Of a stretch of 64,000 bases of DNA, positions 49,454-64,000 are shown one piece after another; the stretch's first letter is position 1, and each line of letters begins with the position of its first letter. The DNA is from Eledone cirrhosa (lineage: Eukaryota). The notes beneath the pieces are model-generated. The model was not told the DNA's origin and made no database searches. It was given only the letters and a program-made list of their open reading frames with translations. The position numbers and the translations under genes are program-made. The stretch covers positions 147,560,001 through 147,624,000 of the forward strand of contig OZ024740.1 of NCBI GenBank assembly GCA_964016885.1. The letters run 5' to 3'.

Positions 49454-52400
49454 ATGGCTGTACTCAGAATAGGCAGTATAAATGCACGTGGCCTGGGGTC
49501 ATCTTGGAAGCAGTGTCACCTGCTCAATGACCTCAGGTCACTAAACATAGATGTGGTGGCCATCAGTGAAACCAGAATCTCCGAGGCACGGGCCTTCGCA
49601 CCGATCTTCGGCGGCTACGATGTATACGCATCTCCCAGCCGTCCAGGATCGGGGGGGAGGGGTTGCCGTCCTTTTTCAGAGAGGCTTGGATCTCGCGATA
49701 CGGGCCATCTTCCTGGACCCAGAAGGTAAGTCGGTGGTGCTGGACGTGACCGGCAGCGAAGGCAATGTTTTTAGGCTAGTAGCCGCCTACTCCCCAACAG
49801 GGGCAGGACGGCCAGATTTCTTCAGACGTCTAGAGACCTTTCTTGGAACATCCCGCTCTTTAGTGTTAGTGGGCGACTGGAACGGTATCTTGGATGCACG
49901 CTGGGATCGTGTGGCGCTAGTGGATAGGGGAGGAGAGTGCAAGAGCCTCACCAACCTGCTCAGACGTTTTGAACTGTCTGACAGGTATCGACTGCATCAC
50001 CCGAATGTGCCAATGTGGACATGGACAAACCGCATCGGGTCATCCAGATCGTATCTAGATAGGGTATTCTGCAGGGAACTAGATAAGGCTAGTATAAGTT
50101 GTCCACAATTTAAAATAGTCGACTACACAGGCCACAAATTTGTGATCTGTGAGATCGACATAGACAGACTTTATAGACAAGGGCCTGGTTACTGGAAGCT
50201 GAACGCGTCTTTCCCGGCGCGCAAGGCCTACAGAGACCGGATTAGCGTATTAGTTAAGCGGGCGTTGACGGGAGCGGTCGTCAACAACAGGTGGTGGTTC
50301 GCCCTGGAAAGGGCAATTAAAGTAGAGTCGATTAGGTTTAGCAAAGGAGTAGTGATAGAGGAAAATAGAGTAGAGGGAGAGCTAGTCAGAAAGCTAGAAG
50401 AGGCGTTTAGGACAGGCATCGCAACCGACGTGCTTGCGGTGAGATTGGCACTCGACCAATTCTTCAACGCAAAACACGAAGGCTGCATTGTCAGAGCTAG
50501 AGCGCGTGCTCTGAAACGCTAGGGGACAAAAGCCGTCCAATGGGCCCGGGTGGCAGAGGCGCGACGTGGCAATAAAGCCACAATTCGGTCTTTGTCTGAC
50601 CAAAACGGGTGCGTAATGCTCGAACCCGAGCGGATGTGTGAAGCTTTTCAGCAGCACTTTGCTGAACTGTTCGGGAGCGGCGGCGGCCCGGATCGGGACA
50701 TGGACTTCAGTGCATACTTCGACGGACTGCCTCGGCTCTCGACGACCGCAGCACAGTGTTGCGAAAAGCCAATAACAGCCGGTGATATACGGGAAGCGAT
50801 GGCTAACTGCACAAGAGGTAAATCGCCAGGTTTAGATGGTCTGCCCTACGAGCTTTATGCATTTATGCCAGACTTGTTCGGTGACCTCTTGGCAGACGTC
50901 TACTGCAACTGGCAGCAGAACGGGAGCATTCCCAGTTTTGTGAGCCGGGGAGCAGTGGCGCTGCTGAGAAAAGACCCGAACAAGGGGGATGTTATTGATA
51001 ATTTCAGGCCCATAACCCTGCTAAACGCAGAGTTCAAGATTTTGGCCAAGGTGTTAGCAACGAGGTTGACGCTTGTCGTCAAGGGTCTGGTGGGAGAGTC
51101 GCAGACATGCGCCATCCCGGACAGATCCATACACGACAACTTCCACCTCATGCGATACATCATAGAGAAGGTGGTTAAGGAACCTGGCAAGGGTGGGGCC
51201 CTGATCAACTTGGATCAATCCAAAGCATTCGATAGGGTCGACCATCGGTACCTGGCAGCGGTCCTCGAGGCAGCCGGTTTCGGGCCCGTTTTCAGGCGTT
51301 GGATCGCAGCAATGTACAGCGACATCTGCTCAGTTGTGAGGGTGAACGGTCACCTGTCGCAGCCGTTCAGCATCATGCGCTCAGTCCGCCAGGGTTGTCC
51401 CCTCTCGTCCCTCTTGTACGTATTGGCTCTCGAGCCGTTACTGCACAAACTGGGGGCGATGAGGGGCGTCCCACGCGAACTAGGATGCGGGAAATCCGAG
51501 TCGGCTTACGCTGACGACGTCACCGTGGTGGTGTCGAGCACGAGACACGTCCAGATGCTCGGCACTGCTCTCAAGGAATACGAAGCGGTGACAGGAGCAA
51601 AGATAAACCAGGAAAAGTCAGTGGGCTTGCAGCTCGGCATCTGGAGAGGCAAGTCCATGCCGTCCGACAGCGCTGTGGGGCGTTGGACGGACGGACCGGT
51701 TAAATTGCTCGGGGTCTGGTTCGGACCGGACCTCCAGATGGAGAAAAACTGGAACGAGTGACGAGCAGGGTGGCCTCTCTCACCCAGAAATGGGCCGAGA
51801 GGAAGCTGTCCCTGAAAGGCCGGGCGGAGGTGGCGAATGCGTACATCGCATCCGTCATCTGCTACCGCCTCACTGTCGTCCCTTGCTCCAGCCCAACTCT
51901 CACCAAAATGGAGCGCTTCCTCTTCCGCTTTTTGTGGAAGGGGCGCGCTTCCATGGTCAGACGATCCATCTGCTGTCAACACCCGCTTCGTGGAGGACTG
52001 GGCATGCCATGGCTGATGATGCGCAAACATGCGCTGAGGCTGCGACATCTCTGGTGCTTCCTTGATGGTTAACGGATGTGGTCGCCGTTCGCCAGGCACA
52101 TTTTCCCACAGCTCGTCTCCTTGACGGAGCTGCAGCCTGGGTCAGAAAAAGACCGAGGGATAGCGCTTGTAAACTGGAATGTCTCCAGGCGCTCACTGCC
52201 CTCTCCCAGTTGGGCACCAGTATCGGTGGAACATCCACCTCGGCGTTCTATAGAGGACTAGTGGAGGGGAAGACCGACGACGTTCTCGGAGAGATCCTGG
52301 GCGTCGAAGAAGATCAGCTGCTTGCTCTCTTCCGGAGAACTTTCAGCCTGGGGCCTATGGATAACTTCCAAAAATCCCTGGCCTGGCAGTGCCACCGGGG

Positions 52401-52872
52401 AGCGCTGCCGGTTCGAGATAAGCTCTACAGGCACGGAAGTGCCGTCAGCTGAGCCTGTCCGAGATGCGCGCATAGCGACGAAACCGTTGTGCACGCACTC
52501 GTTCAGTGCCCGAGCACTGCTGACTTGTGGAGCTATGTCGAACAGTTGCTGTCACGTGTGGGACTGATCCTGTTGTCGACTGAGTCCATTGTGCAGATGG
52601 TCTCGCCGTCTTCCTTTGAGGAGGAAGGGCAGGCGGTTTTCATCTGCCTGGTGGCCATGGCGAAAGAGATTGTGTGGTGGACAAGGTTAAAAGGATTAAA
52701 GACAAACACTTTCCTCTTCGGCGAATCCCTGATTAACTTTTTCAAGTTTCACTTGAAGAGGAAAATCAGGGTGGAGAGGCAAGTGCTGCCTTCTAGCAAG
52801 TTTGTTGAAAGGTGGGTGAATGTAGCGAGAATGGTCCGAGTGAACGGGACCACTCTGAATATACGTCTGTAG
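49454..52872 (+). pseudogene. LINE ORF2 (APE endonuclease, RT, zinc finger), disrupted
   Basis: MAVLRIGSINARGL, SET, GDWN, YLDR, SPGLDG, DQSKAFD, RQGCPLS, YADD, CPRC..H..C. Frameshifts near 49655, 51760 and 52135; stops near 50520, 52070 and 52450. Confidence 0.93.
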
Positions 52873-53599
52873 TTTGAGAGATGGAAAAATTGAGAGAGAG
52901 CGCTTGCCCTGGTAGTCAGGGTGGCCGTGGTCTTTTGTGTGTTTTTCGCCACGAGTAACCTTCGGAGGTTTCCCCCCTATTAGGGAATTTTTCATTGTTT
53001 CAATTTTCATTTCATTGTTTATATATATATATGTTTTATGTCTTTTTTCTTTTCTTATATAAATAATAAACATATTTACACGCACAAAACCCACATCGTA
53101 CCGTCCTGTTTCGTCTGTGATGTTTTTCTTGATGTCAGCCCTTGTGGCCAATAAAGAAATCCTTCTTCTTCTTCTTCTTCTTCTTCTTCTTCTTCTTCTT
53201 CTTCTTCTTCTTCTTCTTCTTCTTCTTCTTCTTCTTCTTCTTCTCCTTCTTCTTCTTCTTCTTCTTCTTGAGAAAACATATGGAGATGTACATCTCTAAT
53301 ATATAATATACGTTTGTTCGTTAGTCCAGTCACATTTGAGATAGGAGGAAAGAACGTGAATAACAAAGAATTATAAGTAGGAATGACAGGTAAAGAGAGA
53401 AAGCGGTGTGAATATTTATAGAACCGAATAAAAAAAATCATGCAATTCCTATGCATACACACTTACTTGCGGACAGACTAATACACACAGATGTATGTAT
53501 ACATACATATTGATATATATAATACTAAGAGAACTGTAGCTGTCTATTAGTTATATAAGTGGAGATGATAGTTGTATTGGCGGTACATACATATTGTTA

Positions 53600-54820
53600 T
53601 CTACTTATATATATAACCAGGAATTTCTCTGTCTGTCTGTCCGACAGTGGAAACACGTGCGTAGAGAGAGAGTGAGAGTGAAAGAAAGAGACAGTCAACG
53701 AGATGGGGATAGCGGGAGGGAGAGAGAGAGAGAGTGAATAGACGCTAAAACACGTGCTACAGAAACATTACCTTCCCCTCTCCACTGACTTTGGTCACTG
53801 AGGCTGAGGGAATCGCTGGTTGCTATAGAGACACCTTGCACAAGCCAGAAGTAACCAGTTCGAGGCGGTTCTGACTTGACACCATGCGAAGAAGGTTGCC
53901 ATTGAATTTGTGGTTGTTGCTGCTGATAATAAGGACCATTTGAAGAAGGTTGCTGCTGATGAGGTAATTTATTAATCAGATTGCGCAGTTCCATAACCTA
54001 CGTTTGATTTGTTCAATTTTTTTCTTCAATTTTTTTTTAATTTTTTTTATTTCTTATTGAAAAAATATAAATAATAAAATAAGGTTAGAAATTTAAATAC
54101 AATTAAATACGATTTAATTTCTATTTCCAGCAGCCAATGTCCAGTGTTCAATTTCATGAAAAAATTGGAAATAATTCAAAAAATTGAAGTATAACTTTTG
54201 AACATTTGTTTTGACAATAAAAAAATATTTCCTTATTCACACCTAATGGTATGATTAAAATTTTATAGGAATATTTTTTTCTAACCGCCAGTTATTTATT
54301 TTCTCCGTTTTCGTTTTAACATATATTTATTTCAAAGATTTCACCGTATAGATAACATATATATTTATACATGCATAAAAGACACACCGAGAGACGGTGA
54401 ACATGTGGTGCCGAAAACATTTCTCATCCAAATCTCAACAATATCAGTATATACACTAGATTTGCTAGCAGAAAACAGGGTGGTTTTCTGCTAGTCTCCT
54501 TATAATATATAACCAGCAATTTCTCTGTCTGTCTGTCCGACAGTGGAAAAACGTGCGCGCGTGCGAATGTTTTTTGCGCACGCGTAGAGAGAGAGTGAGA
54601 GTGAAAGAAAGAGACAGACTACAAGAGGGGGATAGCGGGAGGGAGAGAGGGGGAATTGAGGAGTGCTACAGAAACATATATACATTTCTGTGTGTGTGTA
54701 ATATATATATATATACATACACAGAAATATATATATATACACACAGAAATATATATACATTTCTGTGTGTGTAGTATATATATATATACACACAGAAATA
54801 TATATACATTTCTGTGTGTG

Positions 54821-54883
<63 letters not shown>

Positions 54884-55542
54884 GAAATATATATACATTT
54901 CTGTGTGTGTAATATATATATATACTAGCAGAAAACCACCCGTGGGCGGTTTTCTGCTAATCTCTATATATATAAAACTAAGGATGTCTGTCTGTGTGTG
55001 AGTTTGAATCCCTAAAACTAGAGAAGCACCCAACCGACTGTTTTCAAACTTTACACATGTAATACTTATGTTTCAGGGAGTGTTCTGAGCAAAAAGAATT
55101 TCAAATTTTCAATGCCGTAGGGACCGCATTAGGTGATTTAGCGATCTTTCTCTATAATTCTTAGTCTTTCTCTTTTTAGATAGATACATACATATAACGT
55201 CGCGCCCTTATAATATCTGTCTGTATGCCTGGCTGTCTGCATTACTTCACTTCCTACAATTCGCTTTGTGTCCAGAACGCGCCCTTATAATATCTGTCTG
55301 TATGTCTGGCTGTCTGCTGCCTCCGGTTATTCTGCCACCCTTGCTCAAGACAAATCTCACGCTCATTCCCCAAACAGTTGGTAAGTGCACACAACTTCTT
55401 CCTCACGTTTTAAGCCACAGTGTTGCTTACTTACGTACCACCAGACCTTACTTCTTTGCTAGCCGTGGTTGTGGCAATACTAAGCTTAGCTAAAGCGGTT
55501 ATATATTTCACAATACCTTATCCCGTGCAACACCACTGCTAG
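53600..55542 (+). mobile_element. Three head-to-tail non-autonomous Helitron-like units (53600-54494, 54495-54960, 54961-55542)
   Basis: Each starts TC..TATATAA..TGTCTGTCTG and ends in a hairpin (partly deleted in unit 3) plus CTAG/CTAA. The array sits between A and T. Confidence 0.78.
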
Positions 55543-55775
55543 TATGTGATACAAATAGAACTGTAACTGCTTATTAGTTAGTGGAGTAAATGACAACGCA
55601 AGCTATATTTAAAGTGGTTGTGAAAATTTAATTATAATTAATGTTATTTGCCATAAATTAGAAATTACAAAGTTATATCCCTTGATACAAACTAATAAAA
55701 TGTTGAATGTATAAATTTTCTGATAAAATAAACGTCCTGTAGAATTAAACATTTTTGAGCGTATTGCTGTCATTA

Positions 55776-55872
55776 GGTTAACTTTGCCTTTCATCCTTAC
55801 GGGGTCGATAAAATAAAGTACCAGTAATGTACTGAAATAATTGCTGGCCTTGTGCCAAAAGTAGAAACAATT
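55776..55872 (+). mobile_element. SINE 3' half
   Basis: GGTTAACTTTGCCTTTCATCC..GGCCTTGTGCCAAAAGTAGAAAC. Confidence 0.85.
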
Positions 55873-56015
55873 ATATATAAAATCTATCAACAGTTAGTGT
55901 GGAGTGTGAAATGACAGATAACGGGGAGTGAGTGTAGGAGTAAGTATCAGGTGACAAAAGAAGAAAATGACAAATATTGTTAGCGTGTATAAAAGTTTTC
56001 AAATAATAGAGCAAA

Positions 56016-56205
56016 TAATTGTTTCTACTTTTGGCACAAGGCCAGCAATTACCCAGTACATTACTGGTGCTTTATTTTATCAACCCCGTAAAGATGAAAG
56101 GAAAGGCAAAGTTAATCTCAGCGGAATTTTAACTCAGACCGTAAAGGACCGTAACTCTATGCTGAAAAGCATGGCATCCGACCCTCCACCAAAACTGTCA
56201 ATCTA
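56016..56205 (-). mobile_element. tRNA-derived SINE (inverted relative to 55776)
   Basis: Reverse complement of the SINE seen at 14756. Confidence 0.85.
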
Positions 56206-56399
56206 CCGCAAATAACATCGTAAGCATTTCATTTTTTCTTTGAATATGTTTTTTTGCTTTTTCAATCAACATTAAAATAAAGTAACAGCCATGCACTGGG
56301 GTCGACTTAATCGACTCCCCCCCCCCCCGCAAAAAATTGCTGGCCTTGTGCCTAAAATAGAAACCATTATTTTGTATAATCACCATGAAACTTGAAAAA

Positions 56400-56730
56400 C
56401 ATTTAGAAGTGGAGAACATGAACGAAGGGGACAAGAGAAGGCTAGAGAGAAATGATGGGATCACGTTTCGAAGGATGTGCAATGTCAGTGTGTTGAACCA
56501 CGAGGCATAGATGAGCGGAAAGAAACACCGGGTATAAGACCAATCAGATATTGTTAGGTGAAGAAGTGCCAAGAAATGCCCATGGAAGGAAGATTCAGTA
56601 GAGGAAGACCAAGGGAGCTCCAGGCAGAGTAAGTAAGAACTCATCCCAGAACTCCACAAAGGGATGTCGTGGAGAAATGCTGTGATACAAAGGCCCGTTT
56701 AACTCATGCGATCATGGAAAAGCAGACAGT
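56400..56730 (+). mobile_element. Decayed RTE 3' fragment
   Basis: Homologous to the reverse complement of 36200-36600 (RRLERN..MCNVSV..RGRPR). Confidence 0.65.
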
Positions 56731-57329
56731 GATACAAAGATTATTGTATTTATATCATACTATATGATATTACCCACAGTGGAAAAGAGCAAACATCCAA
56801 AATTATCCGCCATATGAAGGTTAACATCCGAGTATATAATAAACAAGGATGATGTAAAACGTGTTACAATATATAGCTGACACATTTGATATAAAATACA
56901 AAACTAACAAAACAAAGTAAAAATATGGGCAACACATTGAGTCAGGTGTGAGAAACTATTATCGAGACAGGATAACGGCGTACCATGTCTTTGACTACTA
57001 GCTGCACCTGGGTCCTACAACTCTACTCGTGAACGTCATCAAAGTTTGGAGTAAATAGTAAAATCTCCCACATCCTCTTGGTGTGATTTTAAACAACAGT
57101 ATTTTAATTATCACTATAATATTACCACACAAAACAAATATAACATAAGAGATAATGTGGTCACGGCTGGAAAACCATTGATCATATGTTTATCTGCTCG
57201 ATCAACAGCTGAGGCTGCACTACTAATAAAATTAAGACCTTATGGGCATATCTTCAATGACTTTGATTATAGGTATGCTCGATCAAATGGAACTGAGAGG
57301 TGTGGAAGGGAGAGGGACATTAGGATGCC

Positions 57330-58300
<971 letters not shown>

Positions 58301-58999
58301 TGTGTGTGTGTCTGTGTGTGTCTATATGTATATATATATAGAGAGAGAGATAGATAGATAGATTACATAAGTATCAAAGTTATGTTTAAATCATTTAATC
58401 GCTGACAATTGTTTCTTCCAACCTTAAGCTTGACGTCCTCGGAGCATTATCAATGTGTGTACATATAATTAACCTCCTATTCAACTGAAGAATTATACAG
58501 ATACATATATATTGATGTTGTGGACAACAGTTTCATGTTTACAGGGTGGAATGGATGGGACATATATTATACGAGAATTGTACAATAATTCAAATTAAGA
58601 TTAAAATTAAAATTAAAATTAAAATTAAAAATTAAAAATTAAAATTAAAAGCACAGAGTGGAATACATGCGACAGATAATATAAGAGAATAGTCTAATAA
58701 TTAAAGAGATAGTACATGCGTTAGTCATATATAAAAGAATGGAACAAGCAAATGTATTATGTATATATGAGTACTGTATGGTAAGGTATTACATAAAATA
58801 CAAGCACTTTAAGCTTATATGTTAATGCATTATGGGGGATGCAATGCGATGATATTTTCTGTATAGTTCAAATTTGTATATGTGTAGAATATGAAAGTTA
58901 CAGATTTCACATCCATTACATATGTTAAGTTATATTTGTATTGAATGTTTGTTATAGTAATGGATTGTAACTTGGTGTTATTGTATTCATATTCATGGA

Positions 59000-60790
59000 T
59001 TATAGTTGTTCTACTGCGAGAATTTTCAACGGTTTAATATGGTAAATCAGTGTGTTTAATCTGGTCATTGTTTTTGATTGCTGGTAGTTTTTTACTCTTT
59101 CATAGTAATTAGTATTTTGTAAGAGAGAGAACATAGAATTTTTATATTTTTCAGCCTCCATAATGACAACAGTACTTTCCTTGTCCGCTTCCTTAATTAT
59201 AATGTCCGTATTGTTTTTTAGTTCATGGATAATCTCCCATTCCCTTCGACTCGTGTTGGGTTTGGATTTAGGTTGCGGTAGTTTATGGTATGGGAAAGTA
59301 GCTATGTGGTCACAAAATTTGTCCAGAACTCTGTTTCTACCTTTTGTTGGGTTGTAGCTGCTTTTATTCCCTACAATTGATTCGTCGTTATTCTCCTTGT
59401 CAAAGAAACCCTCTGTGAGACGTAATTTTCTACAGAAGTGTGAGATATCGTCATTTATCTCATTGGAGTTAGAGTATTGTGGTGTTGGTGTGAATTTCAG
59501 TCCTTTGGAGAGAATTTTTACTTGTTGGGCTGAGAGGTTTGTATTTGAAAGGTTGATTATTTTCGGTTTTTCAAAATCGGTTTGTGCCACCGGGTGTCGT
59601 GGGTCCTGTAGCCTTGGTCTAAAAAATGATTTTTCTGGAATGTTTTTTCAATGGTATTATTATATCTAATGGTATTTCCCTTGTTGTTGTGTGGTCTTGT
59701 ATAGAAGTTTCGGACGTATTGTGGTTCAGTTTGTTGATAGTCCGGGTTGTAGATTTTGTTCTTTTGTGTGGGTTGGGATCTACGGTTTTGGAACAGGCTC
59801 TATGTGGGCAGGGATCTACGGTTATGGAATAGGTTTTGTGTGGGTTGTGATCTACAGATCGGGTCCTGCCTTGTGTTCGGGGATCTTCGGTTTTTGTTAG
59901 TAGGGTTATAGTTTTGTCTATGGTTTCTGGGATTATCGTTATAGTTTTGCTGGGGGTATGTTGGACGTTTTGTTACTTTTTTTGTTATTTGTTGTGCATG
60001 TTTTGTTACTTTTTTGTTATTTGTTGTGCATGTGGTGTGTGAGTTTTAGTTTGTTTCAAAAATGGGTTACCTGTATGTTGTTCATTTTTGAAGTCCATTT
60101 CGTAGTTGTTGAACCAGGTGGCGTTTTTTTCCCATCGCTGGAGGGATGTTAGTTCTTCATCCTCACAGTTTTCTTTCCAAAGTTTTAAGGTTTTTTCGTA
60201 GAGTAGGCCTTCAGAGTGCTTTGAGATTTCTGTGTCCATCTGTTGGTCGAGTGACTTGAATTTTTCTTCGTTGGAGTTGGCTCTCAATCGCAACAGTTCT
60301 ATTTCTATTTTAAATTTTTCTAACCCTATCTTTTCCCTAAGTCTTTGTTGGTTTTCTGGTTCATTCGGGGTGGGTTTTATTTGGAGTATTTTGGGGAGGA
60401 TAATTGGGGTAGAGTTTAGCCACTTTTCATATATGTCTGCCTTGCCATTATTTTTTAGGAGATTCCAAAGGGCGAATTTGCGGGCTGTGAGCTTTTGAGT
60501 CCATATATTGATTAGGGTGTTTTTCACTGAGTCGACATCTCGTAGATTGGGTTCTAATGGTTGTTCCGGCTTTTGGAGCATTGCTGTTTCAATGGTTTCG
60601 ATTAGTTTAGTTAATGCTGGAGTAATATTCGTCTCTTGGGTATTTTCTGTTTCTTCGTGGGGTCTTTTTTATAGATGTGTATTTGGTACACTTTGTTGGT
60701 CAAAATTGAGAGATTAGAGCAAATCTCTTTGAGTTCATTTAAGATGTCCTGGTTCAGTGAGTTGTTATTTTGTTGAGACTTTGGTGGCAT
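59000..60790 (-). pseudogene. 5' half of a PLE ORF (N-terminus to start of RT), frameshifted
   Basis: ATG at 60790 (MPPKSQQ..); IINLS..ILSKGLKFTPTP, FCRKLRL, LKNNTDIIIKEADK..VVIM. Confidence 0.85.
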
Positions 60791-60815
60791 TTTCGGTCTT
60801 CGTGTGGTGGGTATG

Positions 60816-63211
<2,396 letters not shown>

Positions 63212-63278
63212 AAGAGAGCGAGAGAGAAAGAATAAGAAAATGCAAAGTAGTTTCAGATGTTAAAGTTCTTTATTGATA

Positions 63279-63359
63279 AAGGCTGTGATACATATTTCGA
63301 TTATGACAGTGGCCACGCGATTCCACGTACCCAGTCCCATGATCTCATCAGACAGCTTC
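63279..63359 (-). ncRNA. Type I hammerhead with 46-nt stem II hairpin
   Basis: GCUGU-CUGAUGA-GAUCAUG..UACGUG GAAU CGCGUG..CAUAAUC-GAA-AUAUGUAU-C^ACAGC. Confidence 0.82.
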
Positions 63360-63437
63360 TTACATTATAAGGTTACGTTCCCGAGGCAATCCAAATTGAA
63401 ACGAGAAGAAGACAGACAAAGTGGTGCTCGTGAGGCC

Positions 63438-63488
<51 letters not shown>

Positions 63489-64000
63489 GTAGAACTAAGG
63501 AAGTAAGGGAAAGGGGAAACCCAACCCAAAGGCGTGTGTCCAATCGCTATGTTAAGAAGAGACGAGAAGAGATAGGAGCAGTGGGCGGGATTCTACTCTA
63601 CGTCTCTAACAAACTAACTATTTAGAGAGATATTATATGTTGATAAAATCCAATCTTGGGTATCAACACACACGCCACATTTTTTATCTCCATGTTTCAT
63701 CCTCTACCCTTTGTTTATAATTTGGTTTTGCTAATGACAAACTATCTCCAACGTAATTTCTTTCGCTCATAAACGTCAATGCAAACTGTGATGAATAAAT
63801 TACAAAATTGTAATGAGTTCTGGTGGCTTCAATAATTGTTTCGTGTCTGCAATTAAGATGGCTAAATTCTCTGACGCCTCCGACAAAAGAAATGGTGAAT
63901 GCCATGCTTACACCCGCACACACATACACACACACACCCCAATAAATCAAGATTATAAATACACTACCCTTGACAATTCTTAAACTCAGCGTAATCTACC

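Larger units (their letters stand above)
47230..53270 (+). mobile_element. Near full-length Tx1/L1-clade LINE ending in (CTT)n
   Basis: 5' UTR, ORF1, ORF2 (APE-RT-CCHC), then 3' UTR with AATAAA at about 53150 followed by (CTT)n at 53161-53268. Confidence 0.95.

Noticed and set aside
47483-51208. Long antisense ORFs over the LINE
   Set aside because: Shadow frames of ORF1 and ORF2 with no independent motifs.
52450-52452. In-frame TGA in LINE ORF2 as programmed readthrough or selenocysteine
   Set aside because: More simply a CGA-to-TGA decay in an ORF with several other lesions; no SECIS was recognised.
53076-53462. Poly-Glu / poly-Leu ORFs
   Set aside because: They are translations of the (CTT)n tract at the LINE 3' end.
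58400-58560. GAAACAAUUGUC half-motif on the minus strand (similar one near 44575)
   Set aside because: No matching CUGANGA with a closing stem I was found.

Overview
AT-rich, microsatellite-saturated animal DNA. The tRNA-headed SINE and the (TA)n/(CA)n/(TACA)n load suggest an octopus or other coleoid cephalopod (inference). Only one host gene is supported: a minus-strand class A peptide-type GPCR. Its main exon is 5645-6790, and I predict a 14-codon first coding exon at 9641-9682. The rest is nested mobile DNA: a near-complete Tx1/L1-clade LINE (47230-53270) plus two decayed copies, several Penelope-like elements (PLEs), non-autonomous Helitrons, R4-, CRE- and RTE-clade fragments, a mariner remnant and SINEs. 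The main hidden signal is RNA structure. By eye I find about 17 loci (over 20 motifs counting both arms of inverted repeats) with type I hammerhead ribozyme architecture: CUGANGA, stem II, GAAA, a short often palindromic stem III, NUH and a closing stem I. Most lie in fold-back repeats next to (TA)n. They include a non-coding family of ~400-500 bp units with an octamer ~80-90 nt upstream of the ribozyme (retrozyme-like), variants with 45-116 nt stem II domains, and a perfect 428-bp palindrome with back-to-back hammerheads. All folds were made by eye, none is tested, and coordinates of decayed elements are approximate.
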